A stretch of DNA of 64,000 nucleotides, from positions 9,975 to 73,974 of the forward strand of contig CAYXHZ010000003.1 of NCBI GenBank assembly GCA_964465065.1, written 5' to 3'. A model generated the notes under the pieces. It was not told the origin of the DNA. It was given only the letters and a program-made list of their open reading frames with translations, and made no database searches. Positions 48,692-57,457 of the stretch are shown in pieces; the stretch's first letter is position 1; the number at the start of each line of letters is the position of its first letter. Source of the DNA: an uncultured Clostridia bacterium. Lineage in GTDB: Bacteria > Acidobacteriota > Aminicenantia > UBA2199. Both the position numbers and the translations under genes were made by a program.

Positions 48692-49956
48692 CAGTCTATC
48701 GATTCGTTCCCGTCGAAGTATTTTCTCAGCACATCCGGAATCCGGATACGCCCGTCCGGCTGCTGATAATTCTCCAGTATTGCCGCCACCGTGCGACCGA
48801 TGGCCAGTCCGGAGCCGTTCAAAGTGTGCACAAAGCCCTTCTCCTGCCCGTCTTTGTAGCGTACGCGTGCCCGCCGAGCCTGAAAATCGACAAAATTCGA
48901 ACAGGAGGAAATCTCCACGTACTTGCCCCGCTCGGGCATCCACACCTCAAGATCGTAGGTCTTGGCGGAGGAGAACGACATGTCCCGGCTGCACAGCAGC
49001 ATGACCCGGTAGGGCAAGTCCAGCAGCTGCAGAATCCGTTCGGCATGCCCGGTCAATTCCTCCAGGGCCTCCATGGAACGCCGAGGATGGACGAATTGCA
49101 TCAGTTCCACCTTGTGGAACTGGTGCAGACGAATGATGCCGCGCACGTCGCGACCGTGCGAACCGGCCTCGCTGCGGAAACAGGGGCTGGCGGCGACGTA
49201 GCGGACCGGAAGATCCGCCCCGGTCAGGGTCTCATCCCGGTGCAGGTTGGTCAGAGGAACCTCGGCAGTGGGAATCAGATAGTAAGGGTAGCCCTCGAGT
49301 TTGAACAGGTCGTCCTTGAATTTGGGCAGGTTGCCGGTACCGATCAGGCTGTCCTCGTTGACGATATAAGGCGGAATGATTTCGGTATAGCCATGGTCCC
49401 GGGTATGAATTTCGAGCATGAAACTGATCAGGGCGCGCTCCAGTCTGGCCAATTGCCCACGGTAGACCACGAAGCGGGTCCCGGTGACTTTGGCGGCGCG
49501 GTTGAAATCCAGTCCGCCGTTCAGCTCACCCAGATCCCAATGGGGCTTGACCGGAAAAGCAAAGGTCTTTGGGGTGCCGTAGCTGCGCACCAGGCGGTTG
49601 TCTTCGGCATCCCGGCCGATGGGCACGGAATCATCGAACAGGTTGGGCAAGGTCAGCAGCAGAGCCTGAAATTCCTCGTCCAAACGGGCCGTCTCCTGTT
49701 CGATCGCCTCGATCTCCTGACCCAGACCCAAGGATTCAGCCAATTCCTTTTCGGCCGCTTCACCCCGCCGTTTGAGCTGACCGATCTCCTTGGCCATCAG
49801 GTTCTTGCGGTTCTTGAGTTGCTCGATACGGGTGACCAATTCACGGCGCTGCGTGTCCCGTCGTGAAAATTCGGCCTCGTCAAAAGGGAGACCTTTGGCC
49901 TCGATTTTACGTTTAACTTCATCCAGATGGGTTCTGATATATGCAAGGTCCAACAT
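48691..49956 (-). CDS. serS: Serine-tRNA ligase
   Basis: [26 protein letters not shown]...[30 protein letters not shown]. Confidence 0.98.
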   Translation of the reverse strand: MLDLAYIRTHLDEVKRKIEAKGLPFDEAEFSRRDTQRRELVTRIEQLKNRKNLMAKEIGQLKRRGEAAEKELAESLGLGQEIEAIEQETARLDEEFQALLLTLPNLFDDSVPIGRDAEDNRLVRSYGTPKTFAFPVKPHWDLGELNGGLDFNRAAKVTGTRFVVYRGQLARLERALISFMLEIHTRDHGYTEIIPPYIVNEDSLIGTGNLPKFKDDLFKLEGYPYYLIPTAEVPLTNLHRDETLTGADLPVRYVAASPCFRSEAGSHGRDVRGIIRLHQFHKVELMQFVHPRRSMEALEELTGHAERILQLLDLPYRVMLLCSRDMSFSSAKTYDLEVWMPERGKYVEISSCSNFVDFQARRARVRYKDGQEKGFVHTLNGSGLAIGRTVAAILENYQQPDGRIRIPDVLRKYFDGNESID

Positions 49957-49962
49957 GAAAAG

Positions 49963-49971
49963 ATTATAACA
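49963..49971 (-). promoter_or_regulatory. Extended -10 promoter; serS probably leaderless
   Basis: Minus strand TGT-TATAAT, then 6 nt (CTTTTC), then ATG 49956; no SD. Confidence 0.7.
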
Positions 49972-50009
49972 CAAATAAACCGGCAAAGAACACAAAAAGC
50001 GCTCACCGC

Positions 50010-50169
50010 GCTCATCGGGGACGGAGCGTCACAACGTCACAGTTTATCCGCCTTTTTTTCTTGTTCGCACCCTTCGAAAAATCATCCTCAAACCACTGAG
50101 ACCAATATCCGCAAAAATATCGAAGCGCGATATATCCCGATACCTCAGCCCTGCCTTTTCTTTTAGCAA
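50010..50169 (+). repeat. 160-bp direct duplication (repeat unit plus 3' end of the transposase gene)
   Basis: 50010-50169 is identical to 50206-50365; an extra repeat unit sits between them (50170-50202). Confidence 0.92.
50017..50040 (+). repeat. RAYT-associated 24-bp repeat, copy 1 (copies 2 and 3 at 50179-50202 and 50213-50236)
   Basis: GGGGACGGAGCGTCACAACGTCAC, containing a GACG-GAG-CGTC mini-hairpin. Confidence 0.92.
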
Positions 50170-50239
50170 GCGCTCATCGGGGACGGAGCGTCACAACGTC
50201 ACGGGGCTCATCGGGGACGGAGCGTCACAACGTCACAGT

Positions 50240-51145
50240 TTATCCGCCTTTTTTTCTTGTTCGCACCCTTCGAAAAATCATCCTCAAACCACTGAGACCA
50301 ATATCCGCAAAAATATCGAAGCGCGATATATCCCGATACCTCAGCCCTGCCTTTTCTTTTAGCAAAAACAACAATTCGTTGCGCAGGCGTTTCCCCTCAG
50401 CACTACCGGGATCGAGTCCATCCAGTTTTACCTGATGGATTCCTTCAAACTCCCGGATTACCTTATCAACGGGATCATGGAACAGATCATCCACTCTACG
50501 ATGTTCCAAACTGAACCCGTCGGAACGTCTTTCCGATCTTTCCAGCGCTGCAGGCACAAACTCATCTCCACCAACAATCAGCCCCATCGGTGTCGGCACC
50601 ACCGGAAGCAAAAGCAAATCCTCGAGCCCGGTAATAAAACCAGACATTTCCTTCATACTTCCAAACAGACTCTCAACATAGGCAGAATCAAGCCATGGCA
50701 ATGGCTCGTTAATGAAGTATGTCCCTGCACTAGACCACCGATAGCTCAAATAATCATTTTGCAAACCAGCCCGGACAGGGTTATTCAGTACATACGCCAG
50801 GACGATCATTAGGTACGCATCATCCTGAACAAGCATCGACTTGTATCGGTCCTGAAACAGGTAGCCTCTTCCACCATACTGTTGCCGATAATATGTTGCA
50901 TATTGGCCATTGAGCTGTTTGAAAAAATCAGCCAAGCGATCACTTGTATCTTGCACAACGAGATGATAGTGATTTTTCATGATACAAAACGCCAATATTC
51001 TTATCTTTTCCTGAGCTTGTAAGATCGCAAGCAGATTTAAAAAAAACTGCCTGTCCTGGTCGGTGTGGAAAATTGTACGTCCCTCGTAACCCCGGTTCAT
51101 CGCATGATGAAATGCCCCTTCGTACGTGATTCTGGCCCGTCTCAT
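50240..51145 (-). CDS. REP-associated tyrosine transposase (Y1_Tnp / IS200-like) with C-terminal HTH-like extension
   Basis: MRRAR...FHHAMNRG, HUH motif MKNHYHL, LFQDRYKS, catalytic YVLNNPVRAG, YRWSS. Confidence 0.93.
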   Translation of the reverse strand: MRRARITYEGAFHHAMNRGYEGRTIFHTDQDRQFFLNLLAILQAQEKIRILAFCIMKNHYHLVVQDTSDRLADFFKQLNGQYATYYRQQYGGRGYLFQDRYKSMLVQDDAYLMIVLAYVLNNPVRAGLQNDYLSYRWSSAGTYFINEPLPWLDSAYVESLFGSMKEMSGFITGLEDLLLLPVVPTPMGLIVGGDEFVPAALERSERRSDGFSLEHRRVDDLFHDPVDKVIREFEGIHQVKLDGLDPGSAEGKRLRNELLFLLKEKAGLRYRDISRFDIFADIGLSGLRMIFRRVRTRKKGG

Positions 51146-51264
51146 GTATTTATAGTTACTATATAATATTTTTGTAATCAAGTCATTGTTTTTTTAAATA
51201 ATTTTTCACTGCAAAAACAATTTCTGAATTAGCATAAACGGATTTGTCGTAGACAAAAATAACC

Positions 51265-51288
51265 GTGACGTTGTGACGCACCGTCCCC
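51265..51288 (-). repeat. RAYT-associated 24-bp repeat, inverted copy upstream of the transposase
   Basis: GTGACGTTGTGACGCACCGTCCCC on the + strand. Confidence 0.92.
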
Positions 51289-51305
51289 CAATAGGGAATA
51301 GGGGA

Positions 51306-53306
51306 CTACTCGCTCAGGTTGAGCTGATGAAGTTCCAAATTCATCGCCTGTTGCAGGAGTTCCAATTCCTCGGCTTCCTTCTCCCAGCTCGGAAGAATCC
51401 GCAGCAATTCATCCTCGATGGCCGCAAGCTCTTTTTGCGCCTCCACCACCAGGGCCGCTTGTTCGTAGATGGCCTGGTCAGCCAACTCTCCCATCAGATC
51501 TTTCTTTCTGGATTCCAATTCCTCGATCCGGATCTCGAAATCCTTGACTTTTTTTTCCAGCTTGCCGCGACGGATACTGTAACGTTGCCGGATTTCGGCA
51601 GCCAGTTTACGCTGTTCACGGCGTCCGGAACGCAGGCCTGCAGGAGAGGGAGTGCCGCCATCGGCATCAAACCTTTCGAACGAGGTTCGGCTCCGGCCCC
51701 TGTTTTCCAGAAACTCGCTGTAATTTCCCAGATAGTCCTGAATGCAACCATTCTCGAGCAGCCAGACCCGGTTGACCAGCTGGTCGAGAAAGTAGCGGTC
51801 GTGGGAGATGAGCAGCAAGGTGCCGTCGTAATTGGCCAGAGCCTTTTCCAAGGCGGTCCGGGCTGAAACGTCCAGATGGTTGGTCGGCTCGTCCATGATG
51901 ATGAAATTGGCCGAGGACAGCAGGATCTTGACCAGGGACACCCGAGCCTTCTCGCCGCCGGACAGCACGGCGATTCGTTTGTTGACGTCGTCGCCGCGGA
52001 TACCGAACAGCCCCAGCAGATCACGGATGACCGGCACTTGACCCAGAGCTGCGCTGCGGCTGATCTCCTCGTAGGCCGTCAGGTCCGGGTCGAGCATGTC
52101 GAGCTGGTGTTGGCCGAAATGACCGATCGTGACTCGTTCGCCGAGTTCGAGCCCGCCGCAAAAGCCAGACAAGGCCCCGGTGATCAGGCGGGTCAGGGTG
52201 GTCTTCCCGGCTCCGTTCTGACCGATTAGCGCCACTTTTTCGCCACGAAACAGTTGGCCGCTCACGGCCGAGAGCACATCGGGACTCTGTTCCGTGTAGC
52301 GGAAACTCAGGTCTTTGAGGGTCAGTACGTTGGAATAACTGCGCACGGCGGTACTGAGCGAAAAATTCATGGAGTGGTGAATCGATTGCCCATGCGCTTG
52401 CGGCAGCGGTTCCAGCTTGTCCAGCAGTTTGATGCGACTCTGCACCTGTTTGGCCTTGCTGGCCTTGTAGCGGAAGCGGTTGATGAACTGTTCGATCCGT
52501 TCCCTTTCCTCAACCGCCTGGCGCCGTTTTTCAGCCTCGAGTTCCCGTTCTTTGTCCCACCATTGCACAAAATCATCGTAACGCCCGGAGAAGGAGTGAA
52601 TCTTACCGCCGTGCATGCCCCAGATCTCGTGAACCATGCGGTTGAGGAAGAAACGATCGTGGGAAACGGTCAGGATGGCCCCAGGAAAGGAATACAGGTA
52701 GGATTCGAGCCAGTCCATGGCCGGAGTGTCCAGGTGGTTGGTCGGTTCGTCGAGCAGCAGCAGGTCCGGATCCTGGCACAGCAACCGGGCCAGCCAGATG
52801 CGCATGCGCCAACCGCCGCTCAGCTCCTGAAGCGGCCGGCCAAACCAATCGGACTTCACTCCCAGGCCACCGAGAATTTTCTTGGCCAGGGCTTCCAGCT
52901 CGTAGGCGGAAACCGCTTCGAGGCGGCTTTGCAGGCGTTCCAGGCGGCCGAGCCATTCGGCATGGTCATCGGCGCCTTCGCGGGCGGCCGGATCCTGGTG
53001 CAATCGCTCCAGCTGCTCGTTGAGCAAGCGTACATCGTCGTTGCCCGACAGGACGGCGTCGAGTACGGTTTCTCCCGGCAGAGGCATTTCTTCCTGCGGC
53101 AGATAACCGATGCGCAGGGAGCGCGGTTTGATGATCTCGCCGCTGTAGTCGCTGCGTTCTCCGACCAGGATCTTGAGCAGGGTGGACTTGCCCACCCCGT
53201 TATCCCCGACCAGTCCGATGCGCCGGCCCAGGTTGATGGTGCCTTCGGCACCGCTGAGCAGCACACGTTTACCCAGGTCAACGGTCAAATTGCGGATTTG
53301 GATCAT
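51306..53306 (-). CDS. ABC-F family ATP-binding protein (YheS/Uup-like)
   Basis: Two ABC domains (GDNGVGKST, LSGGWRMR, LLLDEPTNHLD; GQNGAGKTT, LSGGEKAR, DEPTNHLD), no TM, C-terminal coiled coil. Confidence 0.95.
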   Translation of the reverse strand: MIQIRNLTVDLGKRVLLSGAEGTINLGRRIGLVGDNGVGKSTLLKILVGERSDYSGEIIKPRSLRIGYLPQEEMPLPGETVLDAVLSGNDDVRLLNEQLERLHQDPAAREGADDHAEWLGRLERLQSRLEAVSAYELEALAKKILGGLGVKSDWFGRPLQELSGGWRMRIWLARLLCQDPDLLLLDEPTNHLDTPAMDWLESYLYSFPGAILTVSHDRFFLNRMVHEIWGMHGGKIHSFSGRYDDFVQWWDKERELEAEKRRQAVEERERIEQFINRFRYKASKAKQVQSRIKLLDKLEPLPQAHGQSIHHSMNFSLSTAVRSYSNVLTLKDLSFRYTEQSPDVLSAVSGQLFRGEKVALIGQNGAGKTTLTRLITGALSGFCGGLELGERVTIGHFGQHQLDMLDPDLTAYEEISRSAALGQVPVIRDLLGLFGIRGDDVNKRIAVLSGGEKARVSLVKILLSSANFIIMDEPTNHLDVSARTALEKALANYDGTLLLISHDRYFLDQLVNRVWLLENGCIQDYLGNYSEFLENRGRSRTSFERFDADGGTPSPAGLRSGRREQRKLAAEIRQRYSIRRGKLEKKVKDFEIRIEELESRKKDLMGELADQAIYEQAALVVEAQKELAAIEDELLRILPSWEKEAEELELLQQAMNLELHQLNLSE

Positions 53307-53347
53307 GTAAGCTGGGGATTATACCACAAAAAAACGGGCCAGGTCCC

Positions 53348-54040
53348 CTACCTGAGGGCTCTACGCAGGCTCAGAAATGGCAGCAGCAAGGTCAGCCCGG
53401 CCAGTATGATCGCCCAGAACCAGAATGGCAGCAACAGGACATTGGCGATCTGTCCGGTATCGGAGTACAGAACCCGGCCACCCATGACCACCCGGTTGGT
53501 GAACAGGTAATCGATCTGCAAAAAGACGGATATGCAGGCGTTGACGCCCAGAAACTGGGCTGTCCAGACATGCCACGCCGGTCCGCCTTTGGTCGTCACC
53601 CAAAGCACGATTCCAGCCAGGACCAGGATCAGCACCGCGCCGAATGCGGTTCTGACCCAGAGCAGCACCGACAGGATCATGATCAATGCCATGATGAAAA
53701 GCTGTCGCCGGGCGGAACGCTCCCGCCGACTGGACAAAATCAGCCAAGATCCGGCCAGGGCGGGCCCCAGGGGTCCGAAAGCGGCTACCAGGGCCCAACC
53801 GATCCGCCCCAGAAACAGTTCTCCGGAGTAGCTTGCCAGTCCCGAACCGTTACTGAACAGATCCAGGCGCTGGAACGAAGCACCCAGGGCCAGGGCGCAC
53901 AGTCCGTGCCCCATCTCGTGAAACCAGGTGGCCAGGATCGTCAGCGGGTACAACAGGTAAACGCCGAAAGGCAGCTGCCAGACGACAATGGTCAACAAGG
54001 CCGACAGGGTCAGGCCCCAGACTCGTTTCTGTTTGTTCAT
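53348..54040 (-). CDS. M50B-like membrane metallopeptidase
   Basis: FHEMGH HExxH motif, GPLGP, and SDTGQ aspartate in a hydrophobic context. Confidence 0.88.
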   Translation of the reverse strand: MNKQKRVWGLTLSALLTIVVWQLPFGVYLLYPLTILATWFHEMGHGLCALALGASFQRLDLFSNGSGLASYSGELFLGRIGWALVAAFGPLGPALAGSWLILSSRRERSARRQLFIMALIMILSVLLWVRTAFGAVLILVLAGIVLWVTTKGGPAWHVWTAQFLGVNACISVFLQIDYLFTNRVVMGGRVLYSDTGQIANVLLLPFWFWAIILAGLTLLLPFLSLRRALR

Positions 54041-54103
54041 AATCCGATCATTATAGCCCAAAAGATGGAAAAAAAAACCGATTTGGGGTATGATGCGGTC
54101 ATC

Positions 54104-54313
54104 ATGAATTTCATCATCATCTTCATCATGGCTGTCCTGACCGTCGAGCTTCCGGTATACGGGTACATCGATCCCGGTACTGGAAGTTACGTTTTTCAGA
54201 TCCTGATCGCGTCGCTGCTGGCGGTATCCTTCGTCGTCCGCAGTTTCTGGGACAAGATAAAACTGGCCCTGGCCAGTATGTGGAAAAAGGTCAAAGGAAC
54301 CCCGAAAACCTGA
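54104..54313 (+). CDS. Small membrane protein with YIDPGTGS motif (69 aa)
   Basis: Signal-like N-terminus, YGYIDPGTGS, TM helix, basic tail (FWDKIK...WKKVK); TATGAT 9 nt upstream. Confidence 0.75.
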   Translation: MNFIIIFIMAVLTVELPVYGYIDPGTGSYVFQILIASLLAVSFVVRSFWDKIKLALASMWKKVKGTPKT

Positions 54314-54347
54314 TTTTTCTCAGCCACGGCCACGAGCCCGCTTCCGC

Positions 54348-54377
54348 TGTTGACAGAGACGCCGCGAATTTGCTACC
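54348..54377 (+). promoter_or_regulatory. Putative promoter for the noeA/noeB-like pair
   Basis: TTGACA-N18-TACCAT with TGn extension. Confidence 0.45.
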
Positions 54378-54464
54378 ATCTCACTGACAATCAGGATAAT
54401 CCCCAAGCATCCCGCGACCTGTCGGCAGCATGTCCGGAGGGGATCATCCCCATCAGGTGAAAAA

Positions 54465-55844
54465 ATGACTCGAGAAAAGGCATCGTTTCGCGACCCAAGC
54501 GGTTTTCTTTTCGAACGGGAAGGTCAGCTGTACCGCCAGGTCAACGCCGGGTATCAAACTCAATACGAACATTTGATGAATTCCGGTCTGTACCGGGATT
54601 TGACGGCGGCCGGTCTGCTCGTCCCGCATCAGGAAATCGATATGGCTCCGGAAGATCCCGGATCTTGCTATAAAGTCATCAAACCGATGCGCCTTGCCCT
54701 GATCAGCTATCCGTACGAATGGTGTTTCAGCCAGCTCAAGGACGCCGCCCTGGCCACACTGGAAATCCAATGCCTGGCCATGAAGCACGGCATGAGCCTC
54801 AAGGACGCCAGCGCCTACAACATTCAGTTTCACCAGGGACGTCCCATCCTGATCGACACCCTGTCCTTCGATATGGCCGATATGACCCGTCCCTGGGTGG
54901 CCTACCGCCAGTTCTGCCAGCATTTCCTGGCTCCGCTGTCCCTGATGAGCCACCGCGACATCCGCCTGGGACAACTGCTTCGGATTCACATCGACGGCCT
55001 GCCGCTCGATCTGGCCAGCCGGCTCCTGCCCTCCAGAACCCGTTTTTCCTTCTCGCTGCTTTCCCATATTCACCTGCACGCCCGCTCCCAGCAGAAACAT
55101 GCCGACAGCGCAGCTACCGGCAATCCGCAGCTGCTGGAGCGCAAGATCAGCCCCCTGGGCTTCAAGGGTCTGATCAGCAGCCTGCAAAACACGACCCGGG
55201 CACTGAAGCGGCCAATCCGCAAAACCGAATGGGGGGAATACTACAGCGACACCAATTACAGCGACAGGGCCAGCGACGACAAGGCCGTCTTCATCGGCCG
55301 CTGGATCGAAAAGATCGCGCCGAAAAACCTCTGGGACCTGGGCGCCAACACCGGCCGCTACACCCGCCTGGCCTCTCAGCGCGGTGTCGCGGCGGTAGCC
55401 TTCGATATCGACCCGACAGCGGTCGAATACAACTACTCTGAACTGCAAAAAAAAGGCGAGACCAACATCCTGCCGCTGCTGCTCGATCTCACCAACCCCA
55501 GCCCGGCGCTGGGTTGGGCCAACCGCGAACGCGGCAGCCTCGGCGATCGGGGTCCGGTCGACATGCTGATGGCCCTGGCCCTGGTTCACCATCTGGCCAT
55601 CTCCAACAACGTGCCCCTGCCCATGATCGCCGGCTATTTCGCCAGCCTTTGCCGGCACCTGATCATTGAATTCGTCCCCAAAGAGGATTCCCAGGTCAGA
55701 CGACTGCTGGCCAGCCGTCAGGACATCTTCAGCGACTACCATAGCCAGGGACTGGAAACAGCCTTCCAGGAAAATTTTCATCTCCTGGAGCGACACCAGG
55801 TCAGCGATTCGGACCGTATTTTATATTTATTCGAGAAAAAATGA
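54465..55844 (+). CDS. NoeA-like protein: N-terminal kinase-like domain plus C-terminal class I SAM methyltransferase
   Basis: SFRDPSG, KDASAYNIQF...IDTLS (DxxxxN...D spacing), LWDLGANTGRY SAM motif I, ALALVHHL. Confidence 0.75.
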   Translation: MTREKASFRDPSGFLFEREGQLYRQVNAGYQTQYEHLMNSGLYRDLTAAGLLVPHQEIDMAPEDPGSCYKVIKPMRLALISYPYEWCFSQLKDAALATLEIQCLAMKHGMSLKDASAYNIQFHQGRPILIDTLSFDMADMTRPWVAYRQFCQHFLAPLSLMSHRDIRLGQLLRIHIDGLPLDLASRLLPSRTRFSFSLLSHIHLHARSQQKHADSAATGNPQLLERKISPLGFKGLISSLQNTTRALKRPIRKTEWGEYYSDTNYSDRASDDKAVFIGRWIEKIAPKNLWDLGANTGRYTRLASQRGVAAVAFDIDPTAVEYNYSELQKKGETNILPLLLDLTNPSPALGWANRERGSLGDRGPVDMLMALALVHHLAISNNVPLPMIAGYFASLCRHLIIEFVPKEDSQVRRLLASRQDIFSDYHSQGLETAFQENFHLLERHQVSDSDRILYLFEKK

Positions 55845-57457
55845 ACGAAAAAATCCTTTCGGCCCTGAGCCGCTACGCCCATCCCCTGCTGATGATCCTG
55901 TACCCCATCAGCCAGTTCTACGCCCACAACATCACCGAACTCAGGCCGACCGTTCTCTACCGGCCGCTGCTGGTCAGTCTCGCCATCACCTTCCTGGCCT
56001 GGATTCTTCTCAGCCTGATTCCCCGGGTCCGCCCCAAAGCCACCCTGCTGCTGACACTGAGCTGGTTTTTCTTCTTCAGTTACAGCCACATTGTCGGCAC
56101 CTTCTTCCCCGGTAACATTCCGGTCGCCGCCGAGCTGGGTTACGCGCTGCTCTACCTGGTCCTGGTCTTCCTGCTGCTGGGGGCCCGGTCTGACCTGAAA
56201 AAACTGCATACTCCGTGCACCGTGATCCTTCTGGTTCTCGCGCTCATTCCCTTGGGCCGCATCGTACTGTACCGACTGCAGTCAAAGGTCTACAGCATCG
56301 ACGATATCGCCCAGGCCGCCGCCTTCCCGCCCGAGCTGAAGGCCAGCCTGGAAAATCCGGCGCCCGATATCGACAAGCCCGACATCTATTACCTGATCTT
56401 CGACCGCTACGCCAGCGCCAACACGCTCAAACAGTACCTGAACTTCGACAACAGCGAATTCGAGCGGAAACTTCAGGAACAGGGTTTTTACATCGCCTCC
56501 CGCAGCATGACCAACTACCCCTACACCTTCCTGTCGCTGGCTTCGAGCCTCAACGCCCGCTACCTGGACGAAGTGGCCAAGTTCAAGGACAGCAAGGACC
56601 GGACCTACGCCTACAGACTCATCGGCGAAGCGCTCGTGCCACGCTATCTCAAGGCCCAAGGCTACCGCTACATCCATATCGGCAGCTGGTGGGAGGCCAC
56701 CCGGACCAACCGCTACGCCGATCGGGTTTTTTTCTACAACCCCGTCATATTGGAGAACTGGAATCTGAACGAGTTCGAATTCAAATTGCTCGAAACCACC
56801 TGGTTCGACCTGATCATCCGCCAGCTGGAAGCCGGTTTGTCCCGGGAAAAAAGCGCAAACACCTTCGCCCTGGACGCCCAGAAACCGCTCAACCAGATCC
56901 GGGCGGTCCTGGACAGCGCCCGGGAACCCGGACCCAAATTCGTCTTCTGCCACTTCCTGCTCACCCACCCTCCGTATTACTTCAAGGCCGACGGCAGCCT
57001 GAACCCCTCCGAAAAGCGGGATGTCACCACCGATCCCCGGCTCTACCTGGACAGCGTACGCTTCACCAACCAACAGATCCTGGACATGATCCAGACCATC
57101 GACCGCAACAGTCCGCACAAACCGGTCATCATCATCCAGGCCGACGAGGGCCCCTATTCCCACCTCATCAAGCCCAACAGCCAGTGGAAAAACCATTATA
57201 CCCGCACGCGCATGCGGACCCAGATCCTGAACGCCCTGCGCCTGCCCGCCGCCGGTCAGGACCGGCTCTACCCGACCATCTCCCCGGTCAACACCTTCCG
57301 CCTCCTGTTCAACACCCTGTTCAAAACCAATCTGCCCCTGCTCGACGACCAGACCCTGCTGATCATTAAAAATTCCGACATCTACACCTTCACAAACGAC
57401 ACCCTGTACCTGCGTCAGAACGAGGAGTACTTCGCTTCGCAACCGCTGGATGAGTGA
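55841..57457 (+). CDS. NoeB-like membrane protein with sulfatase/alkaline-phosphatase-fold domain (LtaS/EptA-like)
   Basis: About 5 N-terminal TMs; PDIYYLIFDRY, NYPYTFLSLASSLN, HFLLTHPPY, IIQADEG. Confidence 0.75.
   Translation: MNEKILSALSRYAHPLLMILYPISQFYAHNITELRPTVLYRPLLVSLAITFLAWILLSLIPRVRPKATLLLTLSWFFFFSYSHIVGTFFPGNIPVAAELGYALLYLVLVFLLLGARSDLKKLHTPCTVILLVLALIPLGRIVLYRLQSKVYSIDDIAQAAAFPPELKASLENPAPDIDKPDIYYLIFDRYASANTLKQYLNFDNSEFERKLQEQGFYIASRSMTNYPYTFLSLASSLNARYLDEVAKFKDSKDRTYAYRLIGEALVPRYLKAQGYRYIHIGSWWEATRTNRYADRVFFYNPVILENWNLNEFEFKLLETTWFDLIIRQLEAGLSREKSANTFALDAQKPLNQIRAVLDSAREPGPKFVFCHFLLTHPPYYFKADGSLNPSEKRDVTTDPRLYLDSVRFTNQQILDMIQTIDRNSPHKPVIIIQADEGPYSHLIKPNSQWKNHYTRTRMRTQILNALRLPAAGQDRLYPTISPVNTFRLLFNTLFKTNLPLLDDQTLLIIKNSDIYTFTNDTLYLRQNEEYFASQPLDE

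Larger units (their letters stand above)
50213..51288 (-). mobile_element. RAYT element: HUH/Y1 transposase gene between inverted 24-bp repeats
   Basis: Repeats at 50213-50236 and 51265-51288 are inverted (23/24); interior clearly more AT-rich than flanking genes. Confidence 0.8.
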
